Source: a virus
Taxonomy: Duplodnaviria > Caudoviricetes
DNA length: 64,000 nt
Virus record (IMG/VR): IMGVR_UViG_3300031993_000016
Reading direction: 5' to 3' (one strand)
The notes under the pieces are model-generated. The model worked only from the letters and a program-made list of their open reading frames with translations, searched no databases and was not told the origin of the DNA. This document shows, piece by piece, positions 48,971 through 59,466 of the stretch. Every line of letters begins with the position of its first letter. Within the stretch, counting starts at the first letter, position 1. The translations under genes were made by a program, and so were the position numbers.

Positions 48971-51151
48971 TTAGCTTAATGAACTAAGATCAATACCTGC
49001 ACCGGCAGGTAATGCAATAAGATCTACGTAAATATCGTTTATAACTCCATTTACTAGGAGCCAAATTTTTCCAATAACAGTGTTAGCATTAACATGATCT
49101 AATTCATCAATGTCCGCTGACATCTGAACACGATAGCCATCGATTGCACCAACATTCTTCATTGTATCAAGAAGTGGTGTCACACCTGCATAAAACTTAT
49201 TATAAGCCTGACCATTATTATATTGGAATGTGATGCTTATTCCGCATTTGTAAACTACATCTTCTACTGCATTTACTAAGAAACGAGTTGAAAGATTTGC
49301 AAGTGCCTGATAAGTTGCAGGAGGTACTTCAAATAATGTTGAGTTACCCCAGATGTTTGTGCCGAGGTCTGGGATTGTTGTAAGTACGTTTACAGATACT
49401 CCGTCAAGTTTCTGCCATTTATCAAGTAATTTCTTTGGTACTGTGTAATCAAGTTTTCCAATTCTTACATTGTGTTGTCTATTTGTTGGAAGTGCCCATT
49501 CATACTGTGTAGGCTGATTGAGGATCTGTGCTCTTTGTATCATAAGTGCTGCGAATGAAGGAGATGCTTCACTCATTCTGCTTGTACCTACATACTGGAA
49601 TTGTGTCCATGGTGCAAAGAATCCACAATGTGTGTGGAAGAGTGATCCATTTACATCAAGTGCTGCGTTTACAGGTGTTACACGAGCTAACATCTGTACA
49701 TAACCTGCACGATCTGGATTAGCTTCATCCTCAATGTGAACGAACTTTCTTTCTACCATATGCGGTACATCAATGTAACCTGTTGCACATCTGCTGTAGT
49801 ATGCTACGTCCATTATCTTAAGGTTAAGCGGAGAGACTGGAATTGGACAAGATCCTGATGATGGTGTAGGATAATATGTACTGATGATTGTAGAATTATC
49901 TGTATACATGAAATAATCTTGATCATCCCAACCTGGGCTTATTACACGATTCGGGTTGTAAGAAAGTTTGTCTTTGAGAAGATCAAATACACCACCTACA
50001 GGCTGTCCATTTGAATCAACATAAGTACCGCCTACAAGATGTGTAAATAACCATTCTCTATAGTATAATGAACATTTTGTATCGTCATCAAGTGCAGCTT
50101 GTACAGTTGAATCAGCAACAGCGGTTGGATACGTATAAGTAGCTGAATTTGCAGCTACTTGGTAAGCTTCTGCCCAATCATATCTAGGTTTTGCAATGTT
50201 TTCAAATGACATTGTTCCGCTAGTATATGTTGTGATATAATCTGTACCAGCAGTAGCTGTTGTACTTCCAAGTATAGCAGCTGTACCAGTTGATGGAACT
50301 TCATCCCACTTTGTAGCGTCCCAGGCACCTGTTGTATCATCAGCCTTGCATTTATATACGTTACATTCATGATATACAAGTGCATCTTTTGCATATGTAG
50401 CAGTTGCATCAAATGCTGTAACCCCTGCAGTAGATACTACAATGTCCGCAGAAGTTGAAGACTCATCAACTGTACCAGTGATATTTGTAATATCCCAGAA
50501 CTTAGATTCAACTTCTTTGTAGTAAAGAATACTGTCTGTTGAATTAGCAGCATTGAATACAAGTGTCTTTGACTCAGCTGCAGTTTTTACACCACTAGAA
50601 TCTACAATATAAGTAATAATGTTCCAATAGAACTTAGTTGTTTGTGACTCCCTATCATAATAAGCAACTTTGCTAACTACAATCTGGAGATTATTTCCAA
50701 ATGTTCCAGGATACTTTGCTCTGAAACTGATAGTAGCTGCACTATCTGTATTATTCTTATACTGATACTGCGTAAAGCTGCCCTGTGCATAAGTTCCAGG
50801 GCACAGACGACATACAAGTATATCATAACCAGCAGTGAGTAATGTAGTTGCTATCTGATATGAATAATCTTTTGCAAGTCTATAACCTGCAGCAGGTCCA
50901 CGATAAGTAGATACAAATGCATCAAGTCCTGCCTGTGTAGCAGGAAATCGCTGCCAAGCGGTTTGCTCAAGCATATCGCTTACAGCATCACCATATCCAG
51001 CCCCACTTGGCTGAATACCAGAAGCAGCAGTTGGATCAAAGTATCCAGGACCCCAGCAAGATGTAATTGGAAGTGCTACGGTAGCATATCCACCATCTCC
51101 AACAGCCCAAGAATAATTTGTGCTGATTTCATTTATGACAATTTTAGCCAT
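48971..51151 (-). CDS. Tail sheath protein
   Basis: WGP; AKYPGTFGNNLQI; IWGNSTL...LSTRFL...FQYNN...GAIDGYRV...GKIWL C-terminal sheath domain. Confidence 0.9.
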   Translation of the reverse strand: MAKIVINEISTNYSWAVGDGGYATVALPITSCWGPGYFDPTAASGIQPSGAGYGDAVSDMLEQTAWQRFPATQAGLDAFVSTYRGPAAGYRLAKDYSYQIATTLLTAGYDILVCRLCPGTYAQGSFTQYQYKNNTDSAATISFRAKYPGTFGNNLQIVVSKVAYYDRESQTTKFYWNIITYIVDSSGVKTAAESKTLVFNAANSTDSILYYKEVESKFWDITNITGTVDESSTSADIVVSTAGVTAFDATATYAKDALVYHECNVYKCKADDTTGAWDATKWDEVPSTGTAAILGSTTATAGTDYITTYTSGTMSFENIAKPRYDWAEAYQVAANSATYTYPTAVADSTVQAALDDDTKCSLYYREWLFTHLVGGTYVDSNGQPVGGVFDLLKDKLSYNPNRVISPGWDDQDYFMYTDNSTIISTYYPTPSSGSCPIPVSPLNLKIMDVAYYSRCATGYIDVPHMVERKFVHIEDEANPDRAGYVQMLARVTPVNAALDVNGSLFHTHCGFFAPWTQFQYVGTSRMSEASPSFAALMIQRAQILNQPTQYEWALPTNRQHNVRIGKLDYTVPKKLLDKWQKLDGVSVNVLTTIPDLGTNIWGNSTLFEVPPATYQALANLSTRFLVNAVEDVVYKCGISITFQYNNGQAYNKFYAGVTPLLDTMKNVGAIDGYRVQMSADIDELDHVNANTVIGKIWLLVNGVINDIYVDLIALPAGAGIDLSSLS

Positions 51152-51407
51152 TTACGGATTCCTCCTTTTCTTCATTTTTTGTTGATTTATTTTGAGACTC
51201 TGATTCAGATTTCTTAGATTCAACTGAAGGTTTAGTTGATGATTTTGTAGTAGACTTAGGCGCTTGCTTAGGAGCAGGTGCAATAGGTCTTTCGCAACGT
51301 TGGAAATCCTTATCATTTATGTATCCAGGTACTTCTTTGATTTCACCTGGATTGAAGGTTACGCCGTAAAAGGTTTTTGTGGCTATTGACATGTTTTTAT
51401 AAAACAT
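51144..51407 (-). CDS. Small protein with K/S-rich tail upstream of the sheath
   Basis: ORF with RBS. Confidence 0.65.
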   Translation of the reverse strand: MFYKNMSIATKTFYGVTFNPGEIKEVPGYINDKDFQRCERPIAPAPKQAPKSTTKSSTKPSVESKKSESESQNKSTKNEEKEESVNG

Positions 51408-51448
51408 ATTTGTACTCTACCTCCTCATTTGATAACATTATTAAAGGT

Positions 51449-52051
51449 TCATTCTTGTATATCTACTTCGTGCGCCATTCGTTTTAATTTAGCTGGTGTA
51501 TAAGTTACTAAAACGGCACCATCAATATGTAGTTGAATTGTAGCTGAATAGAGCTTGCCCTCTTGTAGATAATTAGATGAAGTAGTTTGACGTTCTATAT
51601 TTGTAGATGGATCAATTCTAACACCAAATCGAATCTTACGCTTAGATTCATAAGGTATTTTAAATGTTATGAAATACTGACTTGTGTATTTAAATAATAA
51701 TTCACGAATCAATTCATCAATATCTGCAGTATTTGTAGCCATACATACAAGATCATAATCTAGTTTAATTGGAAGTACTTTCTCATAGTATAATTCATTA
51801 GTTTTCTTGTCAAATACAGTGGCAACACCTTCATGTAACCTAGTGTAGTTTAGTCGATCGTTATCAACAGGTGTATCGTCATGTCGGTTAACTGCAATCA
51901 CAGGAAACTTGATTTTGTCTTCTTGTACCTGTGCTGCAATAGTTAACACACTATCAGGTGATACTATATACACTGCAGGCTCTTGTCCAGGTTCTACTGC
52001 AAAAGATTGTCGTAAATCTGCAACTATTGCGTTATCGTATGCCCAAAGCAT
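51449..52051 (-). CDS. Putative tail terminator / neck protein (gp15-like)
   Basis: IKFPVIAVNR...PIKLDYDL...DELIRELLF; between portal and sheath. Confidence 0.55.
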   Translation of the reverse strand: MLWAYDNAIVADLRQSFAVEPGQEPAVYIVSPDSVLTIAAQVQEDKIKFPVIAVNRHDDTPVDNDRLNYTRLHEGVATVFDKKTNELYYEKVLPIKLDYDLVCMATNTADIDELIRELLFKYTSQYFITFKIPYESKRKIRFGVRIDPSTNIERQTTSSNYLQEGKLYSATIQLHIDGAVLVTYTPAKLKRMAHEVDIQE

Positions 52052-52623
52052 TAATTATCACCTCGCTTCTGTCCAGTGAAATTAGGATCTTGATCTTCTG
52101 CAGCTGTATGATAATTCCCTCGATAATCTACATTTGGTTTTAAGAAATTGTTAGATTTATCGAATTTCTTCTCAACTTCTTTCTTAGTATATCCTGTAGG
52201 TTGTTTCTCATCATATACAGGAATAACCTGAGCCACGAGGTGATCTGGTGCGGCAATATCATATGTAATTTCTGTAACACGAAACAATCTATCAGGTAAT
52301 TCACTGTATTGACCAGATATTCTAAACAGACAATCCTTTTGCATATGTGGCAGATGAAAACTGCAATGAATTAAGAATGGGAGGTTCTGATCATTTTCAA
52401 CTACCCAACCATATCGCTTAAATGTTTTCACTTTCGGATTACCTTCAAAGAATATGTGAGTGTTGATATATTCTGAATAAGAATCTATTACAGTTTCACC
52501 TTGAGCATTGGGCTCAGGTTTAAGTGGATACTGATAGATAGCTGATATACCTTGAAGCTGCAATGCTTCATCATACCTGTTTCGCATTAATTTTATGTCA
52601 GGACCGATAAGATTAACTGCCAT
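52051..52623 (-). CDS. Putative head-completion / neck protein
   Basis: Position in head-tail module; KTFKRYGW...LFRVTEI. Confidence 0.45.
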   Translation of the reverse strand: MAVNLIGPDIKLMRNRYDEALQLQGISAIYQYPLKPEPNAQGETVIDSYSEYINTHIFFEGNPKVKTFKRYGWVVENDQNLPFLIHCSFHLPHMQKDCLFRISGQYSELPDRLFRVTEITYDIAAPDHLVAQVIPVYDEKQPTGYTKKEVEKKFDKSNNFLKPNVDYRGNYHTAAEDQDPNFTGQKRGDN

Positions 52624-53588
52624 CACTATCACCACTTTCAGCTGCATTTTGAGCAATGATATCATCTATGCTATCAACTTCATCCATAAGCCAATCCCAT
52701 CTATACTGCTTGGTTTCACTCATATTAGTTAAATTAATTGCAGTACCTTCGATGAGAGCATCAGTGAATTCCTTTTCGCTAGGACTGTATCCGTTATTCA
52801 ACCAATCACCTAATGGATTAGATTGAAATGCTACAATTTTTGGCTCCCATTGTTGTACATGATTTTTATAATGCCATGTATTGATTATGCGAATTTTGTC
52901 ATAGCCTAATCCTCGAAGTGTCATCAGATATTCAATCTGAGGTCCGCTGATTCCTAATTTCTGTGCAAATTCAATTATGAATCCATATCTGCGAAGTTCA
53001 TTGAGAATAGCTTCTGCAGATAACTCTTCAGGACTATACTCATCTACATCAGATACAAGTACACCATCTGCTTCTAATACACATGCAAACAATGTACCAA
53101 TTACTGGGTGATCTACGCTTATGCGAAATCCTGTAAGTAAATCATTATTGAATAAATCCGCTATATGTATTCGTAATTCTCTGCTGTTATTAGATAAACA
53201 CTTTGGAAGATCTCTCCAATTAGTTATTCTATACTGCAGAGGCGGTTGATTCATCGTCACTATTACCACCTCTCATTTCTCTTACATGTCGTTTCAATTC
53301 AATCTGAAAAGGTTTCAATAAATCAAGATTGACACTTGGATATTCACTGAAGTAGGTAGCGATCATATCAATCTTGAGTTTGAAGTATAATACTCGTTTA
53401 TCTTCGGCACTGATTTCAGGATGCCGTTCAGCGAATATGAAATATCGAGTCACTACACTAGAAAATGCCTTATGTACTGTCGGATCATCTTGATCAAGCG
53501 TAGCTCGTTCAATAGTCCGGAAGTTACTTGAATTAAAATTTTTTAAATCCTTAAAGAAGAGTTGGGTTAACTCTAAACTAGAAAGCAT
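52613..53588 (-). other. Two hypothetical genes (52613..53254, 53229..53588) in the head module
   Basis: ORF track; overlapping and co-oriented. Confidence 0.6.
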
Positions 53589-55098
53589 TTGCCGGTCCTC
53601 CTTGTTCTGCAGATTCAGTTACGTCTACATTCCATTCTATTGCATTAGCACCAAGTTGTGGGAATACTTCAGAAAGAATTTCTACTAAAGCTGTTTGATA
53701 GTCTTTCTTATCAGATACACCTAAATTCTTAAGTAAATCTACAAGTGTTTGTGCTTGACTTAATGCGGAATCACGTTTTTCAAACTGTACAGTGGATTGT
53801 GTAGTGATAATTGGATTCATATGTAATTTGAACATATTAACAAATCCACTCATATTCCGTGCAATGAAATACTTGTTAATTGCGTCAGTCCAGCCCTGTA
53901 TGTATGCATTCTCAAGACGTTGTAAAGAATTAGCGTATAGTGCAGATCTTTGTGACAGTACAGAACCCGCACCACCTAAACCTTCATTAGATGAAAAGTT
54001 CATTGCTTCTTTCGGTACACCTAAAACTGATAACTTCTTATCCTGATAGTAATTAAGTAAATTATTATCAGCTTCGCTAGATTCTGCCATGTTTAAATCT
54101 GTAATAGATATTGCATCATTTCCATTTATCCTTGGAAGGTAAATGAGATTATTAGGGGATTGTGGGTTTACAAAACTCTGAGCATCTCCAGAAGCTGTAT
54201 TCAATGCTAACTGTTGCTCAATAGCATCTTTAATCTGCTGAAGAGCATCTCGAATCTCCTCCTCTTGCGTACCACATTCAACATTTAAAAATTTAATAGT
54301 TCTAGATAATGATGATAATACTACCGCATCTTCAAGTAACCCCAATGTTTGTGTAGGCTGTACAGCTCTAGACATAAGAGGTTCTGCAAACTGTATGTCA
54401 TAAGTTATAGGATCACCTTCAGAATCTACACTGTCAATCGTATAATCACCTAATAATCCACCTAATGTAAAATGTATACAAGCAGTTTCTGGAAGTATGA
54501 GTATCTCAGATTGTATAGCTTTATCATCCGGATCCATCAGATATCCAGTAGGCTCACCACGATGCCAAAGATGTATGATAGTTTCAGGTGGTATTTTATA
54601 CGATGGGATTATATCAAAATCTTCCTCTGGAATAGTATTATTATCAAGTGCAACATGCTTGTGTGTATACATTGAAGCACTGTCTTTGTATAAATAAGTT
54701 GTAGGTATGTAGAGATTACCAATGGTTGCTAATTCAAGTATATGATCTCTAGCATACTTATCAACTGCCCAACGTTTAAATAATGCGTTTACTATCTCAG
54801 CAGCTTGCTTACATTGTTTTGTATTATCTGCAGCTGTTGCCCATATGATCTCACCTGCAGTATTCGTTGTAGTAGCATCTGTTGCATAGTATGAAAGCGC
54901 TGTGCTGATCTGTGAATCATTTGCAAGTGCTCTCATAGTATCAATTTGAGTTTTAATATCTGCAAAACTTGTGTTACCGCGTATATCAGATATTCTATAT
55001 AAGGAACCTGTTATGACTGTTCTGAGCCAGGATTTCGGTCTATCTAGAAGCTTAGAACGTCTGGGCACTAATTTATCAAGCCATCGATTTTTCGCCAA
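53578..55098 (-). CDS. Portal protein (T4 gp20-like)
   Basis: MRALANDSQISTAL; LLEDAVVL; IYLPR.NG...ITDL; YYQDKKLSVLGVPK; near the terminase. Confidence 0.85.
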   Translation of the reverse strand: MAKNRWLDKLVPRRSKLLDRPKSWLRTVITGSLYRISDIRGNTSFADIKTQIDTMRALANDSQISTALSYYATDATTTNTAGEIIWATAADNTKQCKQAAEIVNALFKRWAVDKYARDHILELATIGNLYIPTTYLYKDSASMYTHKHVALDNNTIPEEDFDIIPSYKIPPETIIHLWHRGEPTGYLMDPDDKAIQSEILILPETACIHFTLGGLLGDYTIDSVDSEGDPITYDIQFAEPLMSRAVQPTQTLGLLEDAVVLSSLSRTIKFLNVECGTQEEEIRDALQQIKDAIEQQLALNTASGDAQSFVNPQSPNNLIYLPRINGNDAISITDLNMAESSEADNNLLNYYQDKKLSVLGVPKEAMNFSSNEGLGGAGSVLSQRSALYANSLQRLENAYIQGWTDAINKYFIARNMSGFVNMFKLHMNPIITTQSTVQFEKRDSALSQAQTLVDLLKNLGVSDKKDYQTALVEILSEVFPQLGANAIEWNVDVTESAEQGGPANAF

Positions 55099-55124
55099 TG
55101 TTCAATACCTCCTCTATAGAAATA

Positions 55125-56720
55125 TTAAAGGTTCTCAGCCAGATCTTTGTCGATATCATACTGTGTGAAGAATTCAGATTCAGACATGATAGGTACACGA
55201 CGCTTTCTAGCTTCAATAACAGCATGGCCATTGATGTTTTCTTGAGCATCACCAATAAGTACACAGTTAACATCATCAACTAATTCTGTTACAACATCTG
55301 CAGAATAACTACGCAGAATGTTGCTGATTTCATCAATGCTGCCATGCAAAAATGTTCCGGTAAGCATGATAAGTTTATCTCTAAATATTGGATCACCTTC
55401 AAACTTCTTAGTTTGTTTAACAAGATGAATGTTGCTAAGTTTGAAAAATTCTATGACATCCGAACAATTTTCATTATCAGATATCCAAGTGAAGAATCTA
55501 TTGAATGCACCGAGCTCTAATTCTAAATCTACTTTCATTCTATCAGGATGCTGCAGATAGTATTGTAAAGTCTGCATAGAATTGCTGCAAGCATCGCATA
55601 ACTGATTAATTTGAACCATGCTCGGAAGGATTGACTTCGGAATGATTGCCCTAAGCCCTTCAGATAATGTGACATCAACTTCACGATCTTTGTATGTAGC
55701 TTTATCAAATGTATCAAGTACAGAAAATATAGTACCAATTTCATCTGAATATACTCTATAGTCTTCAAATGACATAAGTGGAAGATGCAAACATTTACAT
55801 AACTGCAATACTCTAGGATATAATACAGAATTGCACTGAGGATCTGAGCATCTAACATTACCAGATGGTGGTACTACAATCTGTTTACCGCAGCATTCGC
55901 ATTGTATCTTATTAGATAACACAGAATCTCGCTTATTAGTAGATGCAGAAATACTATGGATTATAGCACTTTCAGAATTTCGAACTACTAAGCTGTCAAC
56001 TTGTACGTTGAATCTAACAATTGTAGAATATGGTACAGTCTGAATTTCATTAGTATCATAAGTTATGATACCAATAATATCACCAAATTCTGTGTATGTA
56101 CGAAGTACATCTACAACTATATCTTGTTTGAGTTGTATCTTTGGATAAGATATAGAATGGTCTCTGTGAAATACAATGTAGCTATCAATTAATGGGTAAG
56201 TAAATGGGTAGTTCTGTGTAACCATGTATCTGAATTTATCTTCAGTTATCTCACTAGGCATAACATATCCAGGAAGTAATGTAAATTTCGATGTAGATAA
56301 CCATTGTCTAGTAGCTACTGCACCCTTGAACTTAACTGATAAACTCTGGATGTCACCTGCATAGAACGTGAATGAATTTGGATCAGCTAAGTACAGCTGT
56401 TTGAATTCTGCTTGAATGGATTCTGGATGTTTTCGTAAAGACGACGCTACATCATTTGTTACAAATACACCACGAACATAAGACGTACCACCTGTAACCG
56501 ATATCTTATTAGGTATCTGCTTGTTTTTAAGAACAAGTGGTAGGATGGATTCAGTCTCATCTACCCATTCATCTTGTTCATGATTGAGCATAACTTTCTG
56601 GATCAATCCTTTATCACTATATTGAATAGTGACTGCTAATCCAAATGGTACAAGTGCTACATATTCACCTGACTGTAGTGACACCTCTCGACCTGATTGT
56701 AGAAGGTTTCTTACAAACAT
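55125..56720 (-). CDS. NAD-dependent DNA ligase-like protein, apparently catalytically inactive, with C-terminal BRCT
   Basis: YVALVPFGLAVTIQY where KxDG is expected; VRGVF; CECCG...CSDPQC; IMLTGTF...VLIGD...EARKRRVPIMSESEF. Confidence 0.7.
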   Translation of the reverse strand: MFVRNLLQSGREVSLQSGEYVALVPFGLAVTIQYSDKGLIQKVMLNHEQDEWVDETESILPLVLKNKQIPNKISVTGGTSYVRGVFVTNDVASSLRKHPESIQAEFKQLYLADPNSFTFYAGDIQSLSVKFKGAVATRQWLSTSKFTLLPGYVMPSEITEDKFRYMVTQNYPFTYPLIDSYIVFHRDHSISYPKIQLKQDIVVDVLRTYTEFGDIIGIITYDTNEIQTVPYSTIVRFNVQVDSLVVRNSESAIIHSISASTNKRDSVLSNKIQCECCGKQIVVPPSGNVRCSDPQCNSVLYPRVLQLCKCLHLPLMSFEDYRVYSDEIGTIFSVLDTFDKATYKDREVDVTLSEGLRAIIPKSILPSMVQINQLCDACSNSMQTLQYYLQHPDRMKVDLELELGAFNRFFTWISDNENCSDVIEFFKLSNIHLVKQTKKFEGDPIFRDKLIMLTGTFLHGSIDEISNILRSYSADVVTELVDDVNCVLIGDAQENINGHAVIEARKRRVPIMSESEFFTQYDIDKDLAENL

Positions 56721-56735
56721 TTAATTACCTCTCTT

Positions 56736-58646
56736 TCATCTTTTATATTTTGTATATGGGCCGGAAAACATTGACAAACCTTTGTATGCTGCATTCCGGT
56801 TATTAACAGATGCAATTGCAGAAGCTACATGACTTGGTTGCGGAGTTGGTTGTGAATGCTCAAGTGTGAGTGTGTAGCATGCTCCGCATACACAATCTGC
56901 TACGTCCTTTGACCCATTTGCAGGGTGATCTATTTTATTATTTACACGTTGCAAGTGAATTAATTCGTTATCACGTAATTCATTAGCAACTAATTCTATA
57001 CGTTGATCATATAATATGTTTTTCAAACCGATATATGGCTCTTCGGACCTATCAACTGAGATTTTAGCTGTTTTGAACCCTTGACCACTGAGTACTTCTC
57101 TCATATAACTAGACTGATACTGGTCAGTTGAAATTGTTCCTATGTTGAACCCGTTTCGTCGTAACCAAAGTATGAAATTAACTACTTTCTGAAAGGATAA
57201 TCTATCCCCTGTCGGTCGTTGTATACCTACAGAAAATATCTCTTTGAAGTATGGCATACTGATTTTTCTACCTTCAAAATCAGTCACTACCTTACTGCCG
57301 TCTACGCATACACCTGCCATACCTGTTCTGTCACCAGTTTCAGATAAGTCAAGATGTATATTTAGTAAACAACTTTTCAATCGACTAGGTACTGCTTCAA
57401 GATGAAAAAATTCTTCTATTGTATTTTTATCTTGAGTTCCTACTTCTATAACATCAGTATAAAACGGGTTATGCCGAGTATCTGTAATATTAGGGGTAAT
57501 AGCTGCTTGCGTGATAAATCCCATAGCACCTATGATAGAAATACCTGCGACATCTCTTAAAGATATGTCATAATCTGCAAGAAATCGAGTTCGCAGATCT
57601 GCAGGAGCTTCGATAACTTGATAACCTTGACGAATGTATTCTTGCCGATGTTCTTCGTCATCATTTTCTTCTGGTATAACAAACCCTTTCTTGTATCGAT
57701 CTCCTACCGTAAAATGAAATACTTCTTTGCTGAATCGTTCTTTAGGTAATACCTTCCATTGAGGTTGATCTACTAAATAAAGATGAGAATTACCTGCATT
57801 CATCTGCGTTTCGATATGATCAGACAAGAAATCCGAATCTGTATTTTTTGACGAAGCTGCTACAATCTTTCCATAAACTTCTCCGTTCAAAGAAAACGTA
57901 CCAGCAATACGTGCATTAATAGTGTCATATAAACTTTTCATATGTTGCTTTGCTAACGATATGTCTTTTATACCAGATTTAGCAAAGTTGCATTCGTCAA
58001 TAACGCAACAAAATGTAGTTTTTCCTAAGAAATTTGTTGCAGATGATCCAGCAACAATTTCTATATCGCCGCTATCTGGAACATATATCTGGTTTACAGT
58101 GCCTCGATTCATTGCACCATGATCCATGAACCAAGGTGAATGTTTCATTGTTTGATTAAAATCTGCAAATGCTACCCCCTCAGCTAAATCTTTTGTAAGA
58201 TTAGCAAATGCTATTGTCATCTTAGCAGTAGGCTGCAGATGAAAATACTTTTGCGGCTGTCGATACAACATCAATTTATATAACATATATGCAACGATTT
58301 TGACAGCAGTTGCACTTTTGCCCAAACGCGTAGCTCCTGACAAAATTATCTCATTATACTGATTGCCATGGTTGAATATATCTGTTAAAGTTTTTCGCCA
58401 AAACGGATAAACTTGTGCGCCATTATCAGTACTTTGACCTAAATAGTAAGGATCACTTATAAAACGGTCAATAGAAACTGGCACTTCTGTAAAATCCGCA
58501 AGCCATATATCTCGATATGTTTGAGATTCTCCATGTGTTGCAACTTCTTCAAGTATTTGGCGTAATATAACCTGTTCTGCAGGGGGTGAAGATGCATATA
58601 TGCTTTGGATACGTTCAATTACATTTTCATCAATTAAATCTGCCAT
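56736..58646 (-). CDS. terL: Terminase large subunit
   Basis: Walker A GATRLGKS; Walker B CVIDE; nuclease IHLDLS..GD; STDQYQS; KIDHP..GSKDVAD. Confidence 0.92.
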   Translation of the reverse strand: MADLIDENVIERIQSIYASSPPAEQVILRQILEEVATHGESQTYRDIWLADFTEVPVSIDRFISDPYYLGQSTDNGAQVYPFWRKTLTDIFNHGNQYNEIILSGATRLGKSATAVKIVAYMLYKLMLYRQPQKYFHLQPTAKMTIAFANLTKDLAEGVAFADFNQTMKHSPWFMDHGAMNRGTVNQIYVPDSGDIEIVAGSSATNFLGKTTFCCVIDECNFAKSGIKDISLAKQHMKSLYDTINARIAGTFSLNGEVYGKIVAASSKNTDSDFLSDHIETQMNAGNSHLYLVDQPQWKVLPKERFSKEVFHFTVGDRYKKGFVIPEENDDEEHRQEYIRQGYQVIEAPADLRTRFLADYDISLRDVAGISIIGAMGFITQAAITPNITDTRHNPFYTDVIEVGTQDKNTIEEFFHLEAVPSRLKSCLLNIHLDLSETGDRTGMAGVCVDGSKVVTDFEGRKISMPYFKEIFSVGIQRPTGDRLSFQKVVNFILWLRRNGFNIGTISTDQYQSSYMREVLSGQGFKTAKISVDRSEEPYIGLKNILYDQRIELVANELRDNELIHLQRVNNKIDHPANGSKDVADCVCGACYTLTLEHSQPTPQPSHVASAIASVNNRNAAYKGLSMFSGPYTKYKR

Positions 58647-58654
58647 ATTATCAC

Positions 58655-59170
58655 CTAACTTGCACTATCAACGGTTTCAAGTGCTCGGAGTACTTGTTGT
58701 GCACTAGTTCTAAGTGTTTCTCTAGACTCTTTTGTAAGTACACCAGCTGCATTTGTTTCTGATTGCTCTATAACTGCAGGAGAGAGTGTTTCGATATTAA
58801 ATAACTCGCTGTTTAAATATGGTTCAAGTAACTTATGAGACTCAATCATATTTTTCTGTAGTTTCTCTTGTATAGTTAAAAGTGACATCCATGTAGTTGG
58901 GTTATCATCATCCATCATATCAATAGATGCATCAATTGCTTTATACAATTTGTCTTCAATCTTATCCATCATCTCAATATATTTAATAATTCTAGATACT
59001 TGATGATATACTCGAAGTATTGTTATATTTTTGATAGCTTGTCCTGCTGAATATATGTCTTCATTACAACACAATAAGGACGCACGCATCTTTGCGACGT
59101 CCTCTTTTTGTTTATGTATTAATGGATCGGTTGATATGATGCTTTGATTGACGGTTTCAATATTCGGCAT
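58655..59170 (-). CDS. Helical protein, candidate terminase small subunit
   Basis: Size and position directly upstream of terL only. Confidence 0.35.
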   Translation of the reverse strand: MPNIETVNQSIISTDPLIHKQKEDVAKMRASLLCCNEDIYSAGQAIKNITILRVYHQVSRIIKYIEMMDKIEDKLYKAIDASIDMMDDDNPTTWMSLLTIQEKLQKNMIESHKLLEPYLNSELFNIETLSPAVIEQSETNAAGVLTKESRETLRTSAQQVLRALETVDSAS

Positions 59171-59208
59171 ATTCGTTCTCCTAATTATTCAGATTTAAGA
59201 TGAAAAAT

Positions 59209-59466
59209 TTACTCAGATTGAAGATCGAGTAATACTACACTGAGGTTTGCAATAGCTTCTTTAGCCTTTGAGTCACCAGTTTCGTTTGCACAAACTGCTA
59301 AACAATCAATTGCTTGATGGATATGCTCAATGCAATCACTATAGCAAGGTGCAGCTGTCGGAGCTTCTTCGATCACCTCTAATTCAGTTACCGGAGCTTC
59401 ATCGACGGTTTCAAGTGTCTCATCAATGAACTCATCTGCTTTAATATTCTTCTTTGATATCTTCAC
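59209..59466 (-). CDS. Acidic protein with MKISKKNIKAD leader
   Basis: ORF track. Confidence 0.65.
   Translation of the reverse strand: MKISKKNIKADEFIDETLETVDEAPVTELEVIEEAPTAAPCYSDCIEHIHQAIDCLAVCANETGDSKAKEAIANLSVVLLDLQSE

Noticed and set aside
56736-58646. Inteins or introns in terminase (also checked helicase and portal)
   Set aside because: Lengths and motif spacing are normal; no intein termini or group I cores seen
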